A stretch of 63,763 nt of DNA, the filler included, from Patellaria atrata CBS 101060 (taxonomy: Eukaryota): assembly GCA_010093705.1 (NCBI GenBank). It is 7 parts of 5 records of this genome, joined end to end, with 100 filler letters (N's around TTAATTAATTAA, not from the genome) between each part and the next. Parts side by side here need not be neighbours in the genome. Positions count along the whole stretch, not along the records: positions 17,317 to 43,321 come from MU006096.1; positions 43,422 to 50,828 come from MU006098.1; 5 more parts are not named here. The stretch is one strand, 5' to 3'. A program made the translations under genes and the position numbers. How positions within the stretch are numbered: position 1 is the first letter of the stretch; each line of letters starts with the position of its first letter. Below the pieces are notes generated by a model. The model was not told where the DNA came from. It worked only from the letters and a program-made list of their open reading frames with translations, and ran no database searches. Shown here in pieces: positions 37,172-49,600 of this stretch.

Positions 37172-37688
37172 TAGTTCTAGGTTTGTAGTTCGCTTATCCT
37201 GATAACAGATTTGTTGTCAATCTCTTCACTTTTTATCTCGACAAGGGACCTGCAGATTTCCCGACCTTTAGTTGCTGATCTCCCGACTTTTAGTTCAACG
37301 ACATGGAACCCACCGATTTCCTGGATTTTACAGTACTTTTGATCACAAAGAGCTGCGGATGTAGGATACCGCATTCTCTCGATCCGCCATGGATCGTACG
37401 GCACAGTGTATTGAACGCGTGAAACCGAACTTGATTACAGAGTGATGAAACAGACGATAAGTTCGCTACGCCCTTCCACTCACAGATTAAGTAACAAATC
37501 AACACAACTTGACCCCTTTATAGACGTCATCGCCTTCAGCTGCTTTCTTCTCTTGAAGTGAGCGGAGTATTACCTTTCTTGTTGGCCTGTCTGTTGATGT
37601 TTCCCAGCGTCTTCTATGCAGAGGATAAAGCGCACGAAATTTCCGCGCTTTCTGCAGTTCACTACCCGTGAGATTTGCCTTCTTCGCC

Positions 37689-38201
37689 ATGCTGAATAGC
37701 GAATCGCCCAACGTATATTCGGTCATAGATTCTCCGCCGTATCCATCATCGGATGCCTCCCCGAAACCATGGACACTCTGCCTCATTCCAACAGGCCAGA
37801 TTGAGTGTTCATTATCCGGTTGGCACCAACTACGGTCTGCGCCGGGAATTTACCTTGCTCAGAAATGCATTGGCGACAAGTTTTACGAAGTTGCCGTGAA
37901 TCCGTCATATGTTCCATTACTCCAATTCTATGAATTCGAATGCGATTTCAATTATGATCCCGTCGAGCCAGTAGATGCCGACATTCGAATACACGGCAAG
38001 TCGCACGCCAAAAAGAGGGCGGAAACACGTTTCCTCCGAAATGCTGTAAAGGCGATCCGAAGTGGACTGGGCCGAGGACTCGAGTTATGTTACTGCGATA
38101 TCGCCCGATCACATGGTTTACAAGCTCCTCTCGAGCAGGCTATCTTAGCTGAGGATATATCCGTACACTCCCCACTTCTTCATTCTCAGAGACCATACTA
38201 A
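37689..38201 (+). CDS. Hypothetical protein (probably continues via a 3' intron)
   Basis: Open 170-codon frame from ATG 37689 without RIP stops. Possible intron gtacac...ctaac...tag near 38163-38210. No family recognised. Confidence 0.5.
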   Translation: MLNSESPNVYSVIDSPPYPSSDASPKPWTLCLIPTGQIECSLSGWHQLRSAPGIYLAQKCIGDKFYEVAVNPSYVPLLQFYEFECDFNYDPVEPVDADIRIHGKSHAKKRAETRFLRNAVKAIRSGLGRGLELCYCDIARSHGLQAPLEQAILAEDISVHSPLLHSQRPY

Positions 38202-39479
38202 CTTTTCTTAGGAAAGCTACGCCAATACTAGGCCGTTTTGACCAATATTCCGATCAGTATTGGGTATAAAGCGTTAAGAATAGGGCAACTCAGAGGAGCG
38301 GTCTTCGGCACATGATGGGGCCCATACAGGAACTTGGCCTTGAGGATGTGGATGATTGGACGATATTGCAAGCTATTAAGTCATGTCTGTCTGTTCGAAT
38401 TTTTTATTCCCACATTTGTATGTAAATAAAAACAATGCTCTTGGTTTTTGAAATAGGCTGCGTATGCGGCAGTACCATAGAATCTATGGAGGTGAATTGA
38501 TGAGGTGCATACTTCAGCCTAGTCACTTCCACCTAGAGTAACAATTGGAACTATTGTATCTGAGGTCCTTAAATGGCTAATATATGCATACATTTCAGGA
38601 GTTGATTGCTATCATTGATTCCTCTAGGCTGTGGAAAATTTGAGCTCTATGCGACTCCCAGGTGGTAGAAAGTATACGCCTATTTATCCTTTAACACCCT
38701 TACGTAGCAGCTTTATGGTAATCAAGTCATATTAGTTAGATAGGAATGAAGAAAATTACGAAAAAAAAACCCCATGAGATAGGTGTCAGCCCTAAAATGC
38801 ACGCCCATAGCTGAAATAGAAATATCAATTAATAAATATAAACGAAGGACAACAAAGAATATTCAGTTTAACTTGCGAAATGAAAAGAACAACGTAAGGG
38901 CCCTTAGGAACCCTCACTATGGCCAGTTATATTATCAAATTCAGGATCAAATTCTGATTGAGATTTGACACCGTGAGTAGAGATGGTGATGGAAAGTTCA
39001 TCCTTCAAAATAGAAGAGAGCTGTCTTGCGAGATCTTCTTGGTCATCATCAGATCTAAATCTCGCTATGAAGCCAAGAATGCGTCTCAAAATTGTGCGTT
39101 GCCAGCGAGCGGTTAAGATGGAGAGGGTGCTGAACGCGGCCTAAACTGTTAGTCACTGAACACTGAAGTTGCTACAGTGGACATACTAAATGTAGATTGT
39201 GAATTGACGATGAATCGCTAGTTCGATCGGTTGGCAATACAGTTGCTACTAGAGAAGTAATAAATAAGACTCCTTCAATAGCAAGAACTACCAAAGTGAA
39301 TGCTGTGTAAGAAAGTGGTGGACGGCCACAGTTTTGAATCTCTCTTTTGTACTGAATGAACCAATATAGAGGAAAGCATGGTGGACCTGAAAGGACTACA
39401 ATTTGTGCGATATACGCTGCTCGGTTTCTCCTTTCCTTGCCTTCTAAAGATTTTAGCTGTTGAATAAACGTCTCACATT

Positions 39480-40103
39480 ATATAGGTTAACGCACCGGCT
39501 TAAAACTATGATAAGGATAGATCCAATAAAACATAGAAGAAGGTACGATATATGCCATAATTGGGATCCTCGGCGTAGAATAATTTGTCTTGTAAACTAA
39601 GTGCTAAGTTAGAACTAGTACCTGTAAAGTTAACCTTCGAGTTCGTGACGTCTTATATCATAATAGACTAACATCTGCATAGCGCATAATATAGGGAAAT
39701 TTGTATCCTGTAGAAATCGGGGAGGATGGGAAACGTTGCACCATTTAATTACCTGCACGGAAAAGCCAATCCAGGCGGAAATAGTATGCCCGACGAGGTA
39801 CAAGAAACACACGGCTGTATTAGCGGTCTGGAACTCCGATATGCGCCGGATTTCAAAGACACTTTTGACCACGATCGGCCAACATAGTACTATTACAGTC
39901 CAAGCTGTGATAGGGAACGCAAGAGTCATCTGGTAGGATTAGTTTGACGCCGGGATCGTAGAAGCAAAAGGGGCTAAAAGAAAGGAATTAGCTGTGACAA
40001 AGATGCAGGAAAGAAGGCAAAGATGCATACTCATTACTGTAAGGCCGGGCGTCGCAGCCTAGATATATATTAGGGATAGATGATCGACCAATAAGTCCAG
40101 CAT
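39480..40103 (-). pseudogene. Small multi-exon putative membrane protein
   Basis: ATG at 40103, a GTATGC..CTAAT..TTAG intron, hydrophobic segments (AWTVIVLCWPIVV; AVCFLYLVGHTISAWIGF) and RIP-type stops. Boundaries approximate. Confidence 0.4.
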
Positions 40104-40392
40104 ACGTCTTCAAAAAAGAAAAGATACCTTAGAGCCTACGAGAGTAGAATATGGCTTGATTAACCTACGGGAGCTTTACAATTATTAGGGATTTATGGCC
40201 GGAATCATTATCAGCCATTGACGGAGAAAAATCATATAAGACATCCAAGGAAGCGTGGGAAGAAATATGCTATGTCCTACGGTACCAGGCTGACACGCCG
40301 CCCCTCATTTCAACAGCAGCACAACTCAATACCGACAGAATGCATATCACACTGGGGTCTACCAAGGAAGAGGTCCAAGTGGTTTTGGGGTA

Positions 40393-42010
40393 AGGGTCTT
40401 GTTCAGGTCGTGCACGGTTTCAGACCGTGCACAGTCGCCCCCCAAAAATCGCCCCCCATAGAGTGATTTTGAAAATGATGCAACTCGCTCTATATTGGAT
40501 ATATCTATACTAAATTTTATGATGTTGTGAATAAGAAGCTATACTTTCCGTCTNNNNNNNNNNNNNNNNNNNNNNNNNNNNNNNNNNNNNNNNNNNNNNN
40601 NNNNNNNNNNNNNNNNNNNNNNNNNNNNNNNNNNNNNNNNNNNNNNNNNNNNNNNNNNNNNNNNNNNNNNNNNNNNNNNNNNNNNNNNNNNNNNNNNNNN
40701 NNNNNNNNNNNNNNNNNNNNNNNNNNNNNNNNNNNNNNNNNNNNNNNNNNNNNNNNNNNNNNNNNNNNNNNNNNNNNNNNNNNNNNNNNNNNNNNNNNNN
40801 NNNNNNNNNNNNNNNNNNNNNNNNNNNNNNNNNNNNNNNNNNNNNNNNNNNNNNNNNNNNNNNNNNNNNNNNNNNNNNNNNNNNNNNNNNNNNNNNNNNN
40901 NNNNNNNNNNNNNNNNNNNNNNNNNNNNNNNNNNNNNNNNNNNNNNNNNNNNNNNNNNNNNNNNNNNNNNNNNNNNNNNNNNNNNNNNNNNNNNNNNNNN
41001 NNNNNNNNNNNNNNNNNNNNNNNNNNNNNNNNNNNNNNNNNNNNNNNNNNNNNNNNNNNNNNNNNNNNAGAGCCTTAATTAAACCGAAGTTCTGTTGTTG
41101 GAGGATAGTATTAGAGGCAGAGAGGAATTGAAACTTCGCCTTCAGTTCTTCGACGACAGGGTGCATTACATCAGAAACAACGGTCTCTAGTTTCTTCTCT
41201 ATACGTTTCCAATCTTTCTCCGATAACACTGATTTAGCTGATTCACTTGAACTTGGTCTACCACCTATTTGACTAACTGGTTGCCTCTCCGGCTTTGCTA
41301 ATCCTTATAGCACTTCACTCGGATTATATGGAGAGATACCTGATTTTTTAAAGCTCCCGAGGATGTTTTTCTCTGTAAAAGCCTTCTGGTAAGCGGGCCA
41401 AAATAGCTCAAAAAAGTTCCGTTTTGCAATATTCGATATGCCCTGTGATCGGCTCAAAAAATCGTCGAGATTTTGACTGTAATACGTGGCGAGAGGAGAG
41501 AATAAGGAGACGTCGAGGGGCTGCAATCTATGCGTAGAGTGAGGAGGATAGTTGGCTAATATGATCTTATTGCTTATACAATACTCCAAAAAAGGCATAT
41601 TGATATGGGAGCCATGGCCATCGACAATAAGAAGCCTCCAAGCTCGACCAGCTTTGGTTTTAGTAGAACGGTCAAAAACGGTCTCCAACCACCTCAATCA
41701 AAGCTCGTCATTAGTCCATCCTGTCGGTGAAGCAGTAAAAAAACACTCCTGCTCTTCCGGTCGATAGCCCTCTAACCACGTATCCTGTATCGCTCCTGAT
41801 TCCGAGGGGTAGATGATTCCAGGAGGGATAGCTGTTCCATCTGCACAGATAGTAGCTAGGACCGTAATCCACTCTCGATTTCCGTCCTGTGCGATTCCCT
41901 TGACCCTCCCACTTTCAAAAGCAGCTTTGCTGTAAATCCTACGTGACTTTTTAAGCATACCTATGAGGAAGCCCTTTTCATCCATATTGTACGTATTTTC
42001 TGGTAGGATA
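40393..42010 (-). mobile_element. pogo-type DNA transposon P4, 5'-truncated
   Basis: TYNMDEKGFLIG, QDGNREWITVLATICADG, LLIVDGHGSH, PPHSTHRLQPLDV. Candidate 3' TIR with internal cgtgcac repeats after TA at 40391. Confidence 0.85.
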
Positions 42011-42488
42011 CTTGGTGAAATTGAGGGTCACGCAAGGTGGCTGGATATCAGATGGCTGGATATCAGATGGCTAGATATTAGATGGCTGGATATCAGATGG
42101 TTGGGGACCAGGATAAGTGAGATGGTTGAGCAGGCAATACTATAAGACAGCACAGGCACCCACTCCAGATAGTTGATAATCAATGAACACTCTTACCCTT
42201 CTATCTACTACCTTAGCTCATACCTGTGTGGATTTTATCAAAGGTTTGCACTTCAAGTTAAAGATATAACTTGCTGACTCCTTAACTCTCTCTCTCTCTC
42301 TCTCTCAAGGCTTCACCGTGCTCCCGTAGGCTCCCATTCCTCTAATGGGATTACTTGGGATCACTACGTTTACTAAGCGTTGGTCACGTGATATTCCGCT
42401 ACAGCTTCTCTGTACCGATGCGTTTCTCAGTGTGGTTCCTCTCATCCCTCCTGCTGATGATCCTGCTTCCTGTCTTGTGGTTGTAACA
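42011..42488 (-). mobile_element. LTR-like fragment related to family A LTRs
   Basis: Minus strand starts TGTTACAACCACAAG...TCACGTGAC and has gttaaggagtcagcaagtt...taacttgaagtg, as in the A LTR. Contains (CT)n. Left boundary uncertain. Confidence 0.6.
42038..42097. repeat. 15-bp tandem repeat x4
   Basis: tggctggatatcaga repeated four times; the third unit carries transitions. Confidence 0.92.
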
Positions 42489-43102
42489 TTCTCATAGTCC
42501 TATAAACCCAATCCTCTGAAAGGAATTCACGGCATTATGCACTAGAATATATTTCTTGGATCTGAGTCACTACGATTGTTTCGACACTTCCATGGAGTAA
42601 TCTATAGTGCCTCAATGAGCCGTAGAAGTATTTAACCCATCTCATGGAATAATAGAGCTGTTGATTATGAAGTACCCTACATCCTATATCACTATGGAAC
42701 TTCCTAGGACATCTAATTACCTATTTAGGAAGTTTATCAATTGAGAGATGATTGAAATCACTTAGCAATTCGTGGAACATACACATCAACCCCCACATTA
42801 CGTTCCTAGCAGGACCTGTCACGCGATCTCAATGATAAAAACTACTTTCAAATTTTGACTTTATGATAAACACCTTCTATTATGGTGAGATTAGCGTTTT
42901 AGTATCACTTATAAAGATACATCTTGGATAAGAGTTACGTGATGTTAGTTGCTATAGATGATATAGATAATTAGGTTATCTACTAGTATCTAGCTATATA
43001 CTAAGAAGTTAAGATAAAGAGAGAAAGGAAAGAGAAAGAGAGAGCTTATCTATAGGTAGGTAAGTTAGCGTATATAAGAGTGTAGCATAAATTAGAGTAT
43101 CT

Positions 43103-43321
43103 TTAAACCGCAATATCTACGTTTTCTAGTTGCCATTTATTTAGACTCGCAACCGATGATATTACGTATGGATGTTGAGGGCCGAGAATCTGTTTCTGTA
43201 GTTGGGAGCATTGTCTCATTAATAAAATAGCATCGACCTTACGGCCTTGAACCTTAAACGTAAATGCGAGGTTGGCCATGCTGGTCAGCGTGTCTGGATG
43301 CTCCTCCCCAAGCACCCTCGA
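43103..43321 (-). CDS. C-terminal TPR (kinesin-light-chain-like) repeats, partial; probable NLR-like protein
   Basis: VLGEEHPDTLTSMANLAFTFKVQGR...ILGPQHPYVISS. 5' part lost at contig end. Confidence 0.8.
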   Translation of the reverse strand, partial: SRVLGEEHPDTLTSMANLAFTFKVQGRKVDAILLMRQCSQLQKQILGPQHPYVISSVASLNKWQLENVDIAV

Positions 43322-43421
43322 NNNNNNNNNNNNNNNNNNNNNNNNNNNNNNNNNNNNNNNNNNNNTTAATTAATTAANNNNNNNNNNNNNNNNNNNNNNN
43401 NNNNNNNNNNNNNNNNNNNNN

Positions 43422-43866
43422 AAGCCTTTAGATCCGAGATAGAAGTAGAGCCGTACGACGATAACGATATAGCCGAAAAGACGGGGCCTATATAGATTTT
43501 AAGACGTCGTAAATAGATAATAGATCGCGTTATAGAACGCTATTAACGTCACTACGGAAATCGGGGCCGATTTCTACTATTAGGGGGGGGGTAATGTGAC
43601 GACGTGTCACGATACTAATCCCGTATTTCCTATACTAAGTGTTTAGTTTATTTGTAAGAGATCTTTGCCGGGTCGGACGCGGAAAAGATCTCTAAGCGCT
43701 GATTAGTTAAACGGAAGATAGTCGGGCCGAGGCTTAGTAAGGCGGGACTATTATATACGGACATTCGGCCCACGATATTATTGTTCCTTAACTTAATCTC
43801 CACACTTAGTAGTTAGTAATAGAGATAGTTAAAATACGATTACTATAGCTATACTATATTATTATA
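43422..43866 (+). mobile_element. Gypsy family B copy B3: 3' end, PPT (43582-43594) and 3' LTR (43595-43866)
   Basis: G-run PPT followed by TGTGACGACG; the 272-bp LTR matches 46681-46952. Confidence 0.9.
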
Positions 43867-46680
43867 ATAGTAAGTTATAGATAGCTTCTATTTTATTTTC
43901 GTTAATTTATAAAATTTATCTATAAATATAAAAATAAACTATAGATTATAATCTAATATCACTATCTTTAATATATTATATATCTATTATATATATTTAT
44001 AATATAGCTTTATAACTACCTTAATTAAGATATCTTTAGTATAAGAGAGTAAGATCGCTCTCTTTTCTAGTCGATTTACTACTATAAATATTATTTCGAA
44101 TTTATATATATTTTTAGGGAATAATTTAAAGTTAAAAATAATATATTATTAATATCTATCTCTAATTAGTAATAATTAGTAAATTAAAGATTTTATCTCT
44201 TAATATATATATCTAATAATAGATATAATAGTTCTAAATATATTTATTTATATTAATTACTAATTTAGGTTAATAATATTATATTTAAATTAGTTCTTTT
44301 ATCTTCTTAATTCCTAGATATTCTATAACTAGTATATTATATACGTTCTATATTAGATATATTTTAAGATTATTTATATCTAAAACTATAAGTCTATTAA
44401 ATTTAATAAATAGATTATTTTATAATTTCTAATATTTTTCTTTAATTTTAATTTACTTTTAATATATTAATAGAGAGTTATACTTTTAATTCACTTCTAA
44501 TATTTAATCTATTAATAAATATTTTATTAATAGCTTTTATTTCTAATTAAATTTATTTTAAATATACTACTTTAAATTTATAAATATATCTTCTCTTTCT
44601 TTTATCTTATACTTAACTTCCTTTTCTTTTTTAGTTATAATAGGAATTATAGAGTAAATAAGCGTAGGTCTTAACTTAAAATTAAAGTTAATATATTTCT
44701 TTAATATATTATTCTTTTCTTTTAAGATTTTAATTACTATAAATTCTTAATCTTAAGTTTTAACTTTCTCTATCTTTTATAAAGACTCGGCTATCGCTAT
44801 CTTAGTTATCACTATTTAGGTTTTAAGTCTTAACTTTAAAGTATACTTTTCTATTATCTTCTTTTTAAAGATTATATATTTTTTATTACTTTAAGATATT
44901 TTCTTAAATAATAGTTATTATTTTATTAAGAGCTAAAAAGATACTATTATTATATTTAAGTCGATTAATATTTAAGTCTATATTATAATATTTTTATCTT
45001 TTATTATCTTTAGGTCTTCTTATTTATAGAAGAGTATATTTATTATAATATTTTAAGCTCCGGGCTAATATATAATTTAAAAATAGAAATTAGAGAAAGT
45101 TTTACTCTATTAAACTTATTTAATATTAAGTAATCGTTTTATAATAAAATATTTTAGTACTCTATAATTAATAATTATAGTAAAGGGAATTTATTATAAT
45201 CTTATTAGTATACTTCTTTATTTAACTAGTACTTTTATTATAGTTAGTATTTTCTTATCGTGAATTTTATATTTTAGTTTTATCTTTAATAATATCTTAA
45301 TTTAGAAGATAACTAGCCTCTAAATATATCTATAAAGCTATAATATAACTACTATAATAATTTTATTATTATAATTAGACTTAACTTTTATCTTAAATAA
45401 AAAGTTATAATATATTAATATTTAATCTAATAGAATTAACTTTTTTATTTTCTTAAATATCTTTTTTTCTTTCTATTTAAGTGATTTCTAAACCCTTTTT
45501 TATATCTATATTATTAATAGTTATATAACTCGTCTAAATTTCTCTAAAAACTTTCGATAAAAATTATAGAATTTATTAAATAATAAAATTCTCTTTATAT
45601 TTATTAATAACTTTTAGTTTTAGATTATTTTAGTCTTTTTTAAATTTATTATTATTCTATTAATATTAATAATAAAGCCGAGAAATTTTATCTTTATTAT
45701 ATAGAACTCGCTTTTCTTAATATTAATTTATAGGCTAATCTTAACTAATACTTTTAATACTTTTATAACGTAAGTTTAATACTCTAGTAGATACTTAAAG
45801 TAAATTAGTATATTATTAATATATATTATATAAAAGTTATTTAGATATTAAAAGAACGCCTTATTAATAAACTATTAAAATAAGATTAAACTATTATATA
45901 ATTTAAAGAATAATATCTTATATTTAAATAATCTATATTTTATTTAAAAAGTAATAAAATCTTTAACTAATTTTTTTATCTAAATTTAGTAGAATATTTA
46001 TCTTATATTAAGTTTTATAAATATCTTTACTTATTAAAGATATATTAATATTTCTTTAATTAAGAATAATAAATATTTATTCTTCTTAATAATACTATTT
46101 AGCTTTTTATAATTAATATAAAATCTTTAACTCTTCTTTAGCTTCTTAACGAATAATATTAAAGACGCGTATAATACTTCACTCGGAACGATAAATCTTT
46201 TTTAAAGATATTTCTTTAAATAATTCTTTACTAACTATAAATATTTAATAGATATATTATATAAGAGATTAATAGTAAGATTATTATCTTAATTTAATAC
46301 TATATTATAGTCTATATTTTCTTTAAACGGTAGTAGCTTATTAAATATAGATTTTAAGAATATATAAATTAAATAATAATATTTCTTAAGTAACTTTTCG
46401 TAGATTATTATTCTATAAATATCTTTATCTTTATTTAAAAAGTCTTTATCTTTTAAGAGTTAATCTTATATTAAAAAGTTAATTTTATATAAATTTATAA
46501 TATTTATAATAATATCTTTATATTTTATATTTTTTAGATAGTTTTCTCCGCTAACTAAGTAAATATTTATATAAATCTCGATAATATTAATCTATTTATT
46601 TAACTTTAATTTTAACTTTTTAGAGAATTCTAGTATCTCTTTTTTTATTAAATTTAATAGTTCTAATTTTATCTTTTAAA
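43867..46680 (-). mobile_element. Gypsy family B relic copy B4 (RT-RNase H-integrase), heavily RIP-eroded
   Basis: Colinear with ~51852-54718 after C>T/G>A, e.g. aaagacgcgtataatacttcactcggaacgata and aaggctcggctatcgc-like islands. Confidence 0.88.
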
Positions 46681-49600
46681 TGTAACGACGTATTACGATG
46701 CTAATCCCGTATTTCCTATACTAAGTGTTTAGTTTATTTGCAAGAGATCTTTACCGGGTTAGACGCGGAAAAGATCTCTAAGCGCTAATTAGTTAAACGG
46801 AAGATAGTCGGGCTAAGGTTTAGTAAGGCGGGACTATTATATATAGATATTCGGCCTACGATATTATTGTTTCTTAACTTAATCTCTATACTTAGTAGTT
46901 AGTAATAGAGATAGTTAAAATACGATTACTATAGCTATACTATATTATTATACTAGATTAAGTTCATCTTTAACGGCCTCTAGAAAGGCGATATAATATT
47001 TTAACTAGAGCACGATATTAATCTAGCTAATAAATAATTATCGGACTAATCGGGGATCTATAAGTAGCTAAGCTTTACTAGTAATAAGATATCCGATACC
47101 TAAGAGTATTAACGCCGACGATAACGACGACTTAGTACTTAAAAGAGATTAGGACTAACGAATACGAATTACTTAGAGAAGTAAATATTATAGTAAACTA
47201 AATAAGATAGTTAAACCTTTAATAATCTTAGCGAAGTAGACGGGTAACGAGCTAACTATAGATCTAGGAGTAGAGAGTAGCACCGGATTAAAAGGAAAAG
47301 GAAAAATGTATTAATATAAATCGACGCTAGAAGTGGTCGACTAGTAAATCACCGATAATATCCTAGAAGCGGATTTATAGAACCTACTAAAAGAAATTCC
47401 CGGAATAATAGAAGAAGGGAAGCCTCTTAGATATACCGCTATTATAGACGATTAAAACGCTGATACGATCGACGGAGTGAAGGAATAGGTAGCTAAAAAC
47501 CTAGACTAGTTTATAATAGAGTACCTCCACACGAGAGCGAAGCTTATAGCTCGAGAGATATAACTCGGAAAGATGGTAAACCTTATTAACGAGATAGCGC
47601 CCGACTTATAGCTAAAGCTATAAGTATATTAAGCGAACGAAGAAGCTATAGAACGTCTTTAAGACGAGATCGATAACTTAAAAAGGTAGACTAAGTAGTC
47701 TAAACTAGACCGAAGAAGTATCTAGTTCGACGACGAATCTAACGATAAAGAACTATTAGTATCACGTAATTGTAACGACCGAGCTAGAATAGTCGACTTA
47801 ACCGGAAGCTTTAGGAGTAGGGGCGACGATAAAATAAAGAAGTTCCCCGATCCACTAGAATTAACTAATAGTAAGAAGCTAACCTATAAGAAGTAGAAGA
47901 GTAAGATAAACGATAAACTCCACGTTAATAGCGACTAGTTCTAAGACGAAAGGGCGAAGACTACCTATATTAAGATATAAATTAGTGGCGAGGTAACTAA
48001 ATATATATACCCTTTCTTAGAATTGAAGGAGGACGACGTAATCTTAATAAGGCTAATAAGATTCCTAGACTAGATTTATAAGGACCTAAATAGGCGACTA
48101 AAAGTTAGAGACGAATTAAAGGAGTTAAAGTAAGGTTACTTAGCGGACTTTCCGAAGTTCTAGTCTACGTTTATCCGGCTAGCTAATAAAGCTAGGTTAT
48201 CACGCGACTAGTGGAAAGAGGAACTCTATAATAGACTCTACGATAGTCTAAGGCTAATAATGGCGGAAGCTATAAGTAACGACGAAATTAGCTTCTAGAA
48301 GTACTATAATAAAGTCACGATATAGATACGAGAGCTAGAAAGGTTAGGTAAAGCTAGTAAGGCCCGTAAAGAGAGTTAGAAGCGTGGTAAACCGACTAGA
48401 ATAACTTCCACCTTAATAACGATAAATAGAACTTTATATCGATTAGGGAGCGGAGGAACCACCTCACCTATAACACTATAAGTGACGAAGTAGACTATAA
48501 CTATTTGGAAGTTTACGGGTAACTGCTTTAACTACGGTAAGGCCGGATATAGAGCGTTAGAATGCCGGGGACTAAAGAAGATAACCGAAGTAAAGTTAGT
48601 CTAGAAAGACGAGTATTAGAGCTTAAAGTTAGATTTAGGGTTAGATTCGGAAAACGAGAAACCCTAAGTAGAGACTCCGTATTAGGGCTAATAGTAGGAG
48701 TATTAGTAACACCGATCAACGATCCGGTATTAGAAAAGCCATTCACGATACCGTGCCGAATCTCGAAGAACGGAATCGTAATATAGCTTAGGGCCCTAAT
48801 TAACACTAGAGCTTAAGGGTATACCCTACTAAATAAGAGATAGCTACCCGCTCTAAAATAACGCCTCGGAATCGAAGTTAGAAAGATGGACTAGGAGATC
48901 GAAGTTAATACCTTCAATAATTTAAAGGTAGCACTAATTAACTAAGTACTTAAGGCGAGCCTCGTGATTAGAGGACGAAGGTGGCTAATACCGATTATAA
49001 TAATAGATACGGGCTATAATAATATACTTATAGGTAAGGAGTAGTTCTCTAAGACTAGTGGCCTATCTAATTATAAGCACTATCGGATTATTTAGCCGGA
49101 ATAGGCTACTATAGTTGAAGATTAGTAACGAGATATCGTGATTCCGAAGAGCGAGCTGCGAACCTAAACTAACCTATAGCACTAATTCGACATGGAACGA
49201 CGAGATAAAGCCATCGATAAACGAGAACGTAACCGATAGAAAGTATTAGTTAACTAGAGGAGGAAACCGTAACTATTCTAATAGAAGTAACCGAGTTTAT
49301 AGGTTAAGAACGTCGGCTCCGATCTCTAAAAGATGAAATTAGAACTATTAGATCTAACGAAGAGGGAGACGCCGGAACTCTTTAAAAAGCCGAAGCTGAA
49401 GTTGAGTAAGCGGGTTAATATTGCCGGGATCTATATAAATATCTACTTAGTTAGCGGAGAAAACTACCTAAGGAACGTAAAGCGTAAAGACGTCGTTATA
49501 GATACTACGAGTCTATATAAGATTAACTCCTTAATATAAGATCGACTCTCGGAAGACGAAAACCCTCTAGACGAAGACGAAGACGCTTATAGAGCGATAA

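Noticed and set aside
41963..42145. ORF encoding WLDIR repeats
   Set aside because: Translation of a 15-bp minisatellite across a transposon junction; no evidence of a real gene.
42886..43105. Possible small solo LTR (TGAGAT...) next to the TPR gene
   Set aside because: RIP-like composition, but no TSD and no clean CA terminus could be established.
22618..43321. A complete Starship element
   Set aside because: No DUF3435 tyrosine-recombinase ORF or boundary direct repeats recognised, and the 5S gene is not split. Kept only as a hypothesis for the gene island.
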